Shown here: in pieces, positions 56,393 through 64,000 of the stretch
Layout: each line of letters starts with the position of its first letter
Position numbering within the stretch: the first letter of the stretch is position 1
From: Candidatus Pacebacteria bacterium GW2011_GWA1_46_10
GTDB lineage: Bacteria; Patescibacteriota; Microgenomatia; UBA1400; PJMF01
Direction of reading: 5' to 3'
Length of the DNA: 64,000 bases
Assembly: GCA_001002135.1 (NCBI GenBank)
Contig: LCLP01000001.1
Span: 230,274-294,273, forward strand
The notes under the pieces: generated by a model
Told to the model about the DNA's origin: nothing
What the model saw: the letters and a program-made list of their open reading frames with translations, nothing else
Database searches by the model: none
Position numbers and translations under genes: made by a program

Positions 56393-56433
56393 CTTTTGGG
56401 CGGTGATTCTCAAAACACTGTGTTAAGCGACGT

Positions 56434-57177
56434 TTACGCTGGATGTGGCACCAATTGAGTGGCCACCAGCATCACCAGTACCCCCATCATCAGAGCAATC
56501 ACGGCTTTTTTATAAGGGGAGTTTTTGCTGGGTTTTGGTAAAAAATCGCTGGCTGCTAAATATAAAAACATCCCACTGGAGACAGCCAAGAGTGGTCCGA
56601 CTATGGATAGAGTTTGTGCCGCGGTCAGCACCACCAAAGCGCCTAAAAACGAGGCCAGCGCCGAGAGAGTGTTGACCCAAATAATTTTTAGCCTTCGCCA
56701 GCCAGCAGCCAGCAGCACCCCAATATCACCCATTTCATGCGGTACTTCGTGTAAAAACGTAGAGAGAGCGGTCACGACGCCGAGTGAGGGGGTGGCCAGG
56801 TAGGCCGCGGCAATGGCGGCGCCGTCAATCAAGTTATGAATGGTGTCGCCGAAGATGATCAGTGGCACGACAGTGGTGTGAGCGGCGTGGTGGTGTTGGT
56901 CAGGGTGATGATGAAGGGTGAAAAGGTAGTTTTCAAAAATATAGGTTGCTAAAAATGAAAACAAGACCCAGAAAAAAGCTGTCTCGCCCATTTCATGAAC
57001 GGCCTCTGGTATCAGGTCTAACAAAGTGACGGTTAACAGCACACCGGAGGCAAACGAAGTGCCATAGCGGGTAAACAACCGAGTAAGTGGCTTGATTCTC
57101 AGACTCGCCAGTGCTGCACCTAAGGCAACCAGACTACCGAATAAAACCAACAAGTTGATGGCTAGGAAATTTTCCAT
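56434..57177 (-). CDS. ZIP-family divalent metal transporter (ZupT-like)
   Basis: HNLIDGAAIAAAYL and HEVPHEMGD motifs. Confidence 0.8.
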   Translation of the reverse strand: MENFLAINLLVLFGSLVALGAALASLRIKPLTRLFTRYGTSFASGVLLTVTLLDLIPEAVHEMGETAFFWVLFSFLATYIFENYLFTLHHHPDQHHHAAHTTVVPLIIFGDTIHNLIDGAAIAAAYLATPSLGVVTALSTFLHEVPHEMGDIGVLLAAGWRRLKIIWVNTLSALASFLGALVVLTAAQTLSIVGPLLAVSSGMFLYLAASDFLPKPSKNSPYKKAVIALMMGVLVMLVATQLVPHPA

Positions 57178-57240
57178 ACAGACTATTGTATAGAAGTTGA
57201 CAAGAGGCTGATAGAATGTACCCGTCTGAAATAAGTCAGC

Positions 57241-57313
57241 GCGCTCGTAGTTTAGTGGATAAAATGTCGGTTTCCGGAACCGAAGACCGTGGGTTCGACT
57301 CCCACCGAGCGCA
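57241..57313 (+). tRNA. tRNA-Arg (anticodon CCG), CCA not encoded
   Basis: Acceptor gcgctcg/cgagcgc, anticodon stem tcggt/accga with loop ttCCGga, T arm gtggg-ttcgact-cccac. Confidence 0.85.
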
Positions 57314-57364
57314 CTTTCAACAGCCAGTTGTTACGGTTATTGTTCAATTGGCTATAATACACTT

Positions 57365-57667
57365 ATGAAAACAGTGAGAGTCCAATTTAGACTACCAGTT
57401 TCTGTGATAAAAGAAGGCAAGAGTTTTGTGGCTTATTCGCCTGCACTTGATTTGTCTTCTGTTGGACAGACTGCCAAACAAGCTCGAGCGAATTTGGTAG
57501 AAGCGGCAGAACTTTTTTTTGAGGAAATCATTGAAAAAGGAACCTTTGAAGAAGTGTTGATTGAACTTGGTTGGCGGAAGGTTGATAAACGTCTGGTTCC
57601 TCCGGAAGTAATTTCTCAACGCATTCAACAATTTTCTGTCCAAGGTCCCGCGGCCTTGTATGCCTAG
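57365..57667 (+). CDS. hicB: HicB-family antitoxin
   Basis: 100 aa. KSFVAYSPALDLSSVGQTAKQARANLVEAAELFFE matches the HicB/UPF0150 fold. Confidence 0.6.
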   Translation: MKTVRVQFRLPVSVIKEGKSFVAYSPALDLSSVGQTAKQARANLVEAAELFFEEIIEKGTFEEVLIELGWRKVDKRLVPPEVISQRIQQFSVQGPAALYA

Positions 57668-57890
57668 AATTACTCCCATACGTTGGCAGAAATTTGAAAA
57701 GTTTCTATTGAGAAGTGGCTGTGCTTTTATCCGTCAAAAAGGTGACCATCGAGTCTATTGGCGAAAAGGCTTGAAGAGACCAATTATTTTGCCTATGTCC
57801 AAGGATTTACCAATTTTTATCATTAGAAATAATTTAAGAACGTTGAGGATTGAGCTGAGTGAGTATCTGAAAATATTACAGCAACTCTAA
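57660..57890 (+). CDS. hicA: HicA-family mRNA interferase toxin
   Basis: 76 aa. FEKFLLRSGCAFIRQKGDHRVYWRK matches the HicA/YcfA pattern. 8-nt overlap with hicB. Confidence 0.6.
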   Translation: MPRITPIRWQKFEKFLLRSGCAFIRQKGDHRVYWRKGLKRPIILPMSKDLPIFIIRNNLRTLRIELSEYLKILQQL

Positions 57891-57935
57891 TCGGAGCTTA
57901 CTTGCTAAACTCCTTGTTTCAGCACAAAATAAAGT

Positions 57936-59402
57936 TTGATGGCGAAGAAAAAAACTCAGCAATCGAGCTTGTTTAAATGGATGATTGGTTTAGTGGTAGG
58001 AGCGGTTTTTATCGGTCTGCGGATTTTTTCTCTTCAACAAAGTTTTTGGTTTTGGGGCGACATGGGGCGAGATTTTTTTGTCCTGCAAAATTGGGCGCAG
58101 CAGCCTTTTCATCCACCACTGTTAGGTCCGCAGACCAGTGTTTTTAGTTTTAACCACAGCGCGTGGTATTACTATTTATTATTTCCGTTTTTTATCCTCA
58201 CTGGTCATTCGCCCTACGCGACGTACATCGCTATCTTAACCAGCTATGCGGCTATTTTTATCGGTGGTCTGATGGTTTTCAAAAAGAAACGTCATTGGTT
58301 ACCATTTATTGCTCTGTTTTATTTACTAGCCATCCATCCGCAGTTCGTCATGCAACACCGCTATATTTGGAATCCGTCATTAATCACACCCTTTCTGTTG
58401 CTTGGTTTTTGGGCTTGGTGGCGATATCAATGGCAAAAAAATTGGCGGTGGCTGGCGGTTTTTGCTGGCAGTACCGCTGTGGCAGCAGGACTCAACCTCT
58501 CGATCGCACCCACGGCGTTGGTGATGGGGGCGTTATTTTTGTGGGAACAGCGGCGCAGTAAGGCTGGTTTTTGGCAATTTATTGGTTTAAGTGCGTTGGC
58601 CAATTTGATCGTGCATTTGCCGACGCTGGTCTTTGAATTACGTCATCGGTTTTTGCTCTGGCAAAACTTACCCGCTGAGAGGCTGCAACAGCTGGAACCG
58701 AATTTTGACCAGAAATTAACCCAATTCTTTGCCAATATCTTTTTACCCAACCAACCAGTTAACTGGAGTCTCAACCTGGGTTTAGCAGTCATCGTGTTGT
58801 TATTGTTTGTTTATTTGCGGTCTATGAAACTGCGAAATAATTGGGTCTTTACTCGCTCGCTTTCAATCGCTTTTTTCACCGCGGTATTAATCATGCTCTT
58901 TCCCATTCAGATGCAGGCTCACTTCCTATTTGGTGTCTTGACGTTTTTGCTCGTCGCTCTGGCTCGGCTGCCAAGAAAGTTACTGTGGGCAGTACTGATC
59001 GTGTTGAGCGTGCTGTATCTTCAACCAGCATATTTTCAGCTCTATCAGGAACGCGCGCCGCACACAGTCGATGAACAACGCCAGTGTATGCAGATCACTT
59101 GCCAAACCATCAAAACACAAGGTTTAGAACCAATTTTTGTGAACACGCAAACGGCGTCATACAACCATCAAGCGCGCGAATATGTGTTTTGGCTCAAGGA
59201 ACTAGGTTGTCAAGCGATTGACACTCAGCAGTTTTTACAAACACCAACCGATTACATGGCGGTAGTGGCGGATCGGGCTGAGTTTACTAATGGGCAGACA
59301 GGGTACTATGAACTCAGTCAATTTGGTCCGGCGGAAGAACTGCAAAAGATTGCCTGTAAAGAGGATTTGACCATTCATTTACTGAAAAGAACAGCGCGTT
59401 GA
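57936..59402 (+). CDS. Polytopic membrane glycosyltransferase, GT-C fold (PMT/ArnT-like)
   Basis: 488 aa with 11-13 TM helices. Aromatic-rich loops typical of GT39/GT83-like enzymes. Confidence 0.4.
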   Translation: MMAKKKTQQSSLFKWMIGLVVGAVFIGLRIFSLQQSFWFWGDMGRDFFVLQNWAQQPFHPPLLGPQTSVFSFNHSAWYYYLLFPFFILTGHSPYATYIAILTSYAAIFIGGLMVFKKKRHWLPFIALFYLLAIHPQFVMQHRYIWNPSLITPFLLLGFWAWWRYQWQKNWRWLAVFAGSTAVAAGLNLSIAPTALVMGALFLWEQRRSKAGFWQFIGLSALANLIVHLPTLVFELRHRFLLWQNLPAERLQQLEPNFDQKLTQFFANIFLPNQPVNWSLNLGLAVIVLLLFVYLRSMKLRNNWVFTRSLSIAFFTAVLIMLFPIQMQAHFLFGVLTFLLVALARLPRKLLWAVLIVLSVLYLQPAYFQLYQERAPHTVDEQRQCMQITCQTIKTQGLEPIFVNTQTASYNHQAREYVFWLKELGCQAIDTQQFLQTPTDYMAVVADRAEFTNGQTGYYELSQFGPAEELQKIACKEDLTIHLLKRTAR

Positions 59403-59460
59403 ACTCCAGTTGGTTGTCTTTTCCTGATTGACTTCTTAATGAACTCGAGTGGGATAAGCC

Positions 59461-59480
59461 CGAGAGATATCTCTCTTTTT
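59461..59480 (+). terminator. Rho-independent terminator
   Basis: gagagatatctctc palindrome followed by ttttt. Confidence 0.55.
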
Positions 59481-59613
59481 GTGAAAATTCAGACGATATA
59501 ATAATTCTATGTTATTCATATAATTGTTATATGGGTGGCAAAACTGTTTAGAGGCAAGGTGTTGGCGAGCGCAATTGTACAACCACTCTCGTCTAAGCCA
59601 GGCACTTAGAACT

Positions 59614-60720
59614 TTATAGTTGATTTTGAATATATTGATGCACCGCTTCCCAGGAATCTTTTGGTTGCACGATTGAAGCGCCGCCATTAGAAGTCCCGCT
59701 AGTTAACACATTCTCGGTCGATAAGTTGATGCGCATAAATTGGTAATTTTTACTGCCCTTGAGTGCTGGCCAGAGAAACTCAGCGAGCTTGGCATTAAGA
59801 TCGGTCTGAGTGTGGGCCGCAAACTGTTCAAAGACTTTCGGAATATTTCCGACACCCTCCAGGGTGAAAAGCTTGTTGCGGATAGCTACCAGTACTTCTT
59901 GCTGTCTGACCCCACGGGCAAAATCCCCACCCGGCGTGCCGTGCCGAGAGCGGACATATTTCAGGGCATCACCACCTTCCATGTGGATCATACCGGCCGG
60001 GTACCGAATAGTCTCAAAACGGCAAGGAAATTGTTTTTCTAGTTCGAAGCCAGAGTAATTGGCATGCGCTGCTTCAATTTCTGCTGGACTTAAACCGCAC
60101 AGATTTAGTTCCTCGCCCTTAATGGGGTACCATTCGTCAACCATGGTTTGGGCCACCTCAACGTCAATGCCCCCTAGCTCTTGACCGACAAGGCGCTGAA
60201 AGCCAACAAAGTCGGTGGCGATGTAGTAGTCGATCGGCAAACCAGTGACCACTTGAGCCATTTGCTTGGCGATGGTGGCGCTTTGATCGCTGTTTTGCAG
60301 ATCGAGGCTAAAAGCGGCATTGATTTTGTTTTGTGTGCCGTTGGGCAGCGCCACCCAGAGGTCGCGGGGGATAGAAATCAGGGCAATCGTGCCGCGCTCA
60401 AAATTAATATTGGCTACTTGAATGACATCGGACAGGGTGCCGCCGGAGTGACCGGCGCCGCCGTAGCCCAGTAAAAGGACAGTTAAGGTTTTGAGCTCTT
60501 CGGGGTTGGTTGGTAAAGTTTGGGCACTTTGTAAAGCCGGAGGGCGCAGGGTGAGCGAGGAAACCAAGCCTTGTTTGCTCCCGGCCGAGTACGTCACCAG
60601 TGCGGTGGAGACGATCACTCCGAAAACCACTCCCCACAACCACCGGTGAGTGCGAAACGCTTCTCCCAGGGGGTGGATCACTGGCTCACACTGTTCTTTG
60701 AGTAAACGGAATATTCTCAT
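59614..60720 (-). CDS. LytR-CpsA-Psr (LCP) family cell-wall glycopolymer transferase
   Basis: N-terminal TM, then LLLGYGGAGHSGGTLSDVIQVANINFERGTIALISIPRDLWV. Confidence 0.8.
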   Translation of the reverse strand: MRIFRLLKEQCEPVIHPLGEAFRTHRWLWGVVFGVIVSTALVTYSAGSKQGLVSSLTLRPPALQSAQTLPTNPEELKTLTVLLLGYGGAGHSGGTLSDVIQVANINFERGTIALISIPRDLWVALPNGTQNKINAAFSLDLQNSDQSATIAKQMAQVVTGLPIDYYIATDFVGFQRLVGQELGGIDVEVAQTMVDEWYPIKGEELNLCGLSPAEIEAAHANYSGFELEKQFPCRFETIRYPAGMIHMEGGDALKYVRSRHGTPGGDFARGVRQQEVLVAIRNKLFTLEGVGNIPKVFEQFAAHTQTDLNAKLAEFLWPALKGSKNYQFMRINLSTENVLTSGTSNGGASIVQPKDSWEAVHQYIQNQL

Positions 60721-60760
60721 CGCGTTGAAACTACTGTACTATAAGTTTTTATCGCAAACC

Positions 60761-61489
60761 ATGTTGCATTATTTCACTCATCATTACGACAGTTTAGCGA
60801 TCATTCTGCCCAAGTCTTACTGGTACCGTCGGGCCTTACTGACGGTTCGTTCTTGGGTATCAGTTATTTTCCAACGCTTGGTAGTCTGCGCGCTGCTGTT
60901 TTTTGACTTTTTTCCTTTCAAGGTGGAGTTTGAGAATAAAAAATTGGTGGATGCAGCTATCAGGCAAGGCGCTGTTTTACTGACAGTTCACTCAGGCCCC
61001 TACCCAGTTTTCAGTAAAGTGTTTGAGCGTTTTTACCCTGATAAAGAATTGGCAGTGACGTTTTATCATGCTCGCAAGGTCTCGTTTTTTCCGCTCTTTC
61101 GCCGCTTTTTCAGACGAATGGGGGTGACCGTGATTGCCTTGGGGGGAGCGATGAGGGAGATCGACCCGGTGCTCACCAATGGCGGTTCGATGGTCTTGTT
61201 TTTGGATGCGAAACTGCCGATTAGCCGGACGGAAAGAGTCTGGCTGTTTGGCAAAGAGCGGCAGTTATCGACCGGACCCTATTTTTTGGCTAAAAAATAT
61301 GGTTTAAAAGTCTTGCCACTGTATGTCAGCAGAAAAGGTCTCACTTTATCGATTCACACCCTCCCAGCCATTCCGCACGCCCGCCAAACTCAACAACGAT
61401 TTATGCAGCAGGTGGCGATGGCAGTCGAACAGATGATTATCAACACCCTGCCTTCCTGGCAGGCGTTTGATCGGTTCTTGCTGGATTAA
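60761..61489 (+). CDS. Acyltransferase-like protein (HtrB/LPLAT superfamily-like, weak)
   Basis: Start trimmed to MLHYFTHH. The longer ORF overlaps the LCP start. No clear HxxxxD. Confidence 0.3.
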   Translation: MLHYFTHHYDSLAIILPKSYWYRRALLTVRSWVSVIFQRLVVCALLFFDFFPFKVEFENKKLVDAAIRQGAVLLTVHSGPYPVFSKVFERFYPDKELAVTFYHARKVSFFPLFRRFFRRMGVTVIALGGAMREIDPVLTNGGSMVLFLDAKLPISRTERVWLFGKERQLSTGPYFLAKKYGLKVLPLYVSRKGLTLSIHTLPAIPHARQTQQRFMQQVAMAVEQMIINTLPSWQAFDRFLLD

Positions 61490-61576
61490 AGTGTGCCAGC
61501 CAAACGGTTGGCGACTTTTGGTTTTTACCGCCAGCTTTTTAGGCCTGGCTTTTTCAGATTTTTTTGAAAGTGTTTT

Positions 61577-62191
61577 TTAGGTTGGACTGACTGGTGGACT
61601 GGAGACTTTGTGCCAGATTAGTGAAAATAACTCCAGGGCAGCCATGATCAGTGTGATAAAAGTTTTCCAACCGAGGTTGCTTTGGAGAGCCAAATGAAGG
61701 AAAAGCAGCCAAATAACGATGTAAACCAATGCGTGGAGGGTGCGCCACCAGCGGCCAAGCATCCTGACTGACCAGTCGTTGGAAGTGATAAAGACTGGGG
61801 TGAGAAGGATAAAAGCCGACAACCCAATGATCTCGAAAGGACTAAACAGCCAGATGTTGCCACCAATCTTAAAAATCGGCAGGAAGCGTGACCACAGCAA
61901 ATGGGTCAGGGCAAAAACATACATGGTAATACCCATTTGTCGTCGATACAGCACCATCAGCGTGCGGATCGGAATCAGCCGGCCGCCAAGCTGGAAACGC
62001 TTCAAGATGCCGGGGATGAGCGTGAGCCAAAAAAAGATGAGGGCCGCTGTCGCTGATTGCCGACCCCACCAAGTCCACTCACCAATCCCGAGCGTTTTGA
62101 GAGAAATTAGGAAAAAAACCAGCCAGCCGCCAAGCAGGGTATACCAGATTCTGATCAACTTCAGTTTATTGACGACAAGCCAGCGCTGCAT
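61577..62191 (-). CDS. Six-TM ferric-reductase-like (MsrQ/YedZ-like) membrane protein
   Basis: Six hydrophobic helices with conserved His positions (FALTHLLW, HALVYIVIW). Confidence 0.4.
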   Translation of the reverse strand: MQRWLVVNKLKLIRIWYTLLGGWLVFFLISLKTLGIGEWTWWGRQSATAALIFFWLTLIPGILKRFQLGGRLIPIRTLMVLYRRQMGITMYVFALTHLLWSRFLPIFKIGGNIWLFSPFEIIGLSAFILLTPVFITSNDWSVRMLGRWWRTLHALVYIVIWLLFLHLALQSNLGWKTFITLIMAALELFSLIWHKVSSPPVSPT

Positions 62192-62211
62192 TGAGTTTGT
62201 TTATACGCTTT

Positions 62212-63465
62212 TTAGACGGTAGGCTCAAGTTTTTCTGCAATTCGAGTCAGTTCGTTGTATTTGGCGGTGCGCTCAGAGCGGCTGGGTGCGCCGGTCTTGA
62301 TTTGGCCGCAGCCGGTGCCGACAGCCAAGTGAGCAATCGTCACATCTTCGGTCTCGCCACTGCGATGAGAGACAACATTGGTCCAACCTGCGTTCTGGGC
62401 CAGCTTCATCGCTTGAAGCGTTTCGGTCAGGGTCCCGATTTGATTGAGTTTCACCAGCAGGGAGTTGCAGGCTTTTTGAGTGATGGCCTGTTTGATCAGT
62501 TTGGTATTAGTGGTCAAAAGGTCGTCGCCCACAATTTGAGTGGTGCCGCCCAGTTGTTCAGTTAAGCTCGTCCAACCGGCCCAGTCGTCTTCCGCCAGCA
62601 TATCTTCCAATGAAATCAGTGGGTATTTTTGGGTGAGGTCCACGGTCCAGCGCACCATTTGCTCACTGGTTAAGGTTTTTTGGTCGCGCTTGAGTTGGTA
62701 TCGTTTGGTCTCCGAGTTGTAAAATTCGGAGGCCGCCGGATCCAGGCCAATTGCTACTTCGGTCGCTACGGCGTACCCGGCGGTGGTGATGGCTTGAATC
62801 ATCAGTTCGAGTGCTTCTTCGTTGGATTCAAGCTGTGGGGCAAACCCACCTTCATAGCCGACGTTGGTCGAGTATTTTTTTGTTTTAAGCAGTTTATAAA
62901 GCGCGTGATAGATCTCCACCCCCACCCGTTGCTTCTCCGCCCAAGTGGCGGCCTTGATGGGAATAACCATGTACTCCTGAATGTCAGTGGCCCAGTTGGC
63001 GTGTTTGCCGCCATTCATGATATTAAACATGGGGCGAGGAAGCACAAATTTGGCGTTACCGTAGAGGTCGCCGATGTAGTGGTAGAGCGGTTTACTTTCT
63101 GCTCGGCTCGCGGCCCAGGCGAAAGCGAGTGAGACAGACAAAATAGCGTTGGCTCCGAGCCGCCCTTTATTATCAGTGCCGTCCAGTTCAATCAGCGTTT
63201 GGTCCAAAGTAGTTTGGTCAAATTCTTTGCCAATCAGCGCTTGGGCCAGGGTGGTCTTGACATTATTGACCGCCTTGGTAACGGCTTGGCCAAAGTACGC
63301 TTCGCCCTCATCGCGCAGTTCCACTGCCTCGTGCCGGCCGGCTGAAGTGCCGCCGGGAATAGCGGCGCGACCAGCAGTCTCATTTGATAAGGTAAGTTCT
63401 GCTTCCAGTGTGGGGTAACCGCGGGAATCAAGAATTTGACGAGCAATCAACTGAGTAATTTTCAT
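62212..63465 (-). CDS. eno: Enolase
   Basis: MKITQLIARQILDSRGYPTLEAELTL N-terminus. 417 aa. Confidence 0.95.
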   Translation of the reverse strand: MKITQLIARQILDSRGYPTLEAELTLSNETAGRAAIPGGTSAGRHEAVELRDEGEAYFGQAVTKAVNNVKTTLAQALIGKEFDQTTLDQTLIELDGTDNKGRLGANAILSVSLAFAWAASRAESKPLYHYIGDLYGNAKFVLPRPMFNIMNGGKHANWATDIQEYMVIPIKAATWAEKQRVGVEIYHALYKLLKTKKYSTNVGYEGGFAPQLESNEEALELMIQAITTAGYAVATEVAIGLDPAASEFYNSETKRYQLKRDQKTLTSEQMVRWTVDLTQKYPLISLEDMLAEDDWAGWTSLTEQLGGTTQIVGDDLLTTNTKLIKQAITQKACNSLLVKLNQIGTLTETLQAMKLAQNAGWTNVVSHRSGETEDVTIAHLAVGTGCGQIKTGAPSRSERTAKYNELTRIAEKLEPTV

Positions 63466-63554
63466 AGTGGTTTAAATACTCGTTTTCATCATAGCAGAAA
63501 AACTGTGAGCTTTTTCACTTTACTTTGTTATGCCAAGACCTAAAATCAAGGTGA

Positions 63555-63929
63555 ATGCATAACTGGTATCAATCGGCGATTCAACGGGGTGATCAAACTG
63601 GTTCCAAACATGTTTATCCGACCATCAACCTTGACCCCAGTGTTTTGCCAAGTGATACCCAGCGGGGGGTTTGGGCCAGTCGGGTGAAATGGGGTAAGGC
63701 GGTGTACCAAGGAGCGTTGTATTTTGGTCCGCGGGTGGTCAAGGGTGAAACCAATGATGTGCTGGAGATTTATCTCTTGGATTTTACTGGTCACACTGCG
63801 GACAAAACGGTAGAGTTTACTTTGGCAAAGTTTTTGCGCGGAGTGATGGATTTCCCGGATTTAACCAATCTGCGCCAACAAGTGACCAAAGATATTAAAA
63901 ATGTCAGAAAGGTTTTCGATGAAAAATAA
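63555..63929 (+). CDS. Monofunctional riboflavin kinase
   Basis: PTINL, VYQGALYFGPR and EIYLLDFTGHTADKTVEF match the riboflavin kinase (RibF C-terminal domain) signature. Confidence 0.7.
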   Translation: MHNWYQSAIQRGDQTGSKHVYPTINLDPSVLPSDTQRGVWASRVKWGKAVYQGALYFGPRVVKGETNDVLEIYLLDFTGHTADKTVEFTLAKFLRGVMDFPDLTNLRQQVTKDIKNVRKVFDEK

Positions 63930-64000
63930 ACAGGTAATGGGTCCCATGCTGATTGCGGCCGCGGCGGCTTTGTGGGCCTTTGATGGCATTATTCGCCGCA
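63919..64000 (+). CDS. 5' end of a membrane protein gene, truncated by the window
   Basis: MKNKQVMGPMLIAAAAALWAFDGIIRR, open to the window end. Confidence 0.3.
   Translation, partial: MKNKQVMGPMLIAAAAALWAFDGIIRR

Noticed and set aside
57197-57218. ttgaca / tagaat promoter for tRNA-Arg
   Set aside because: Spacing between the two hexamers is about 9 nt, which is not canonical. Possibly an extended -10 (tgatagaat) only. Not reported as a feature.
60650-60760. Extended N-terminus of the acyltransferase-like ORF
   Set aside because: The extension overlaps the divergent LCP gene start and reads as low-complexity sequence. An internal ATG at 60761 gives a sensible start.

Overview
This 64-kb segment appears to be chromosomal DNA from a monoderm-type bacterium with a streamlined gene set. 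Lineage cannot be fixed from sequence alone; a Patescibacteria/CPR-like or other Gram-positive-type organism is plausible. Supporting clues are an LCP protein, GT-C membrane glycosyltransferases, a SAM-I riboswitch, a monofunctional riboflavin kinase and a CcdA-thioredoxin fusion. Overall GC is about 50% by eye, with two visibly AT-richer blocks.

Core genes:
- a large polytopic membrane protein and a secreted C39-like peptidase
- rmlC-like epimerase and oxidoreductase genes
- M29 aminopeptidase, map and rpoD
- PRTase and DUF1801 genes
- a quinone oxidoreductase
- metK behind a SAM-I riboswitch
- pcm, zwf, a ccdA-trx fusion and a ZIP transporter
- tRNA-Arg with a hicBA pair
- a GT-C protein, an LCP protein, eno and a riboflavin kinase

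Accessory content:
1. An AT-rich island of about 14.5 kb at the 3' end of tRNA-Asn(GTT). It carries a large serine recombinase whose ORF runs into the tRNA, and a complete Type I R-M operon whose HsdR has a C-terminal AlbA_2/Schlafen-like domain. It also holds an excisionase-family HTH gene, a SpoVG-like gene and several unknown genes. A second AlbA_2-domain protein plus an HD-hydrolase gene pair sits opposite a 524-aa unknown protein. A degenerate copy of the tRNA 3' end at about 25.95 kb is a candidate far boundary.
2. A surface/secretome cluster spanning 30.2-38.5 kb:
- a Cache sensor
- a cohesin-like membrane protein
- a frameshifted dockerin-like gene
- a CscA/DUF916-like anchor protein and two Thr-rich WxL-like proteins
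- an ECF sigma/anti-sigma pair
3. A second AT-rich block at 44.7-49.2 kb carries a Type III R-M pair (mod-res). It is followed by a 31-bp direct repeat that duplicates the 3' end of a membrane-protein gene.

Two paralogous coiled-coil proteins share a conserved 5' leader. Each sits immediately upstream of one of the R-M blocks.

No CRISPR array or rRNA is present.
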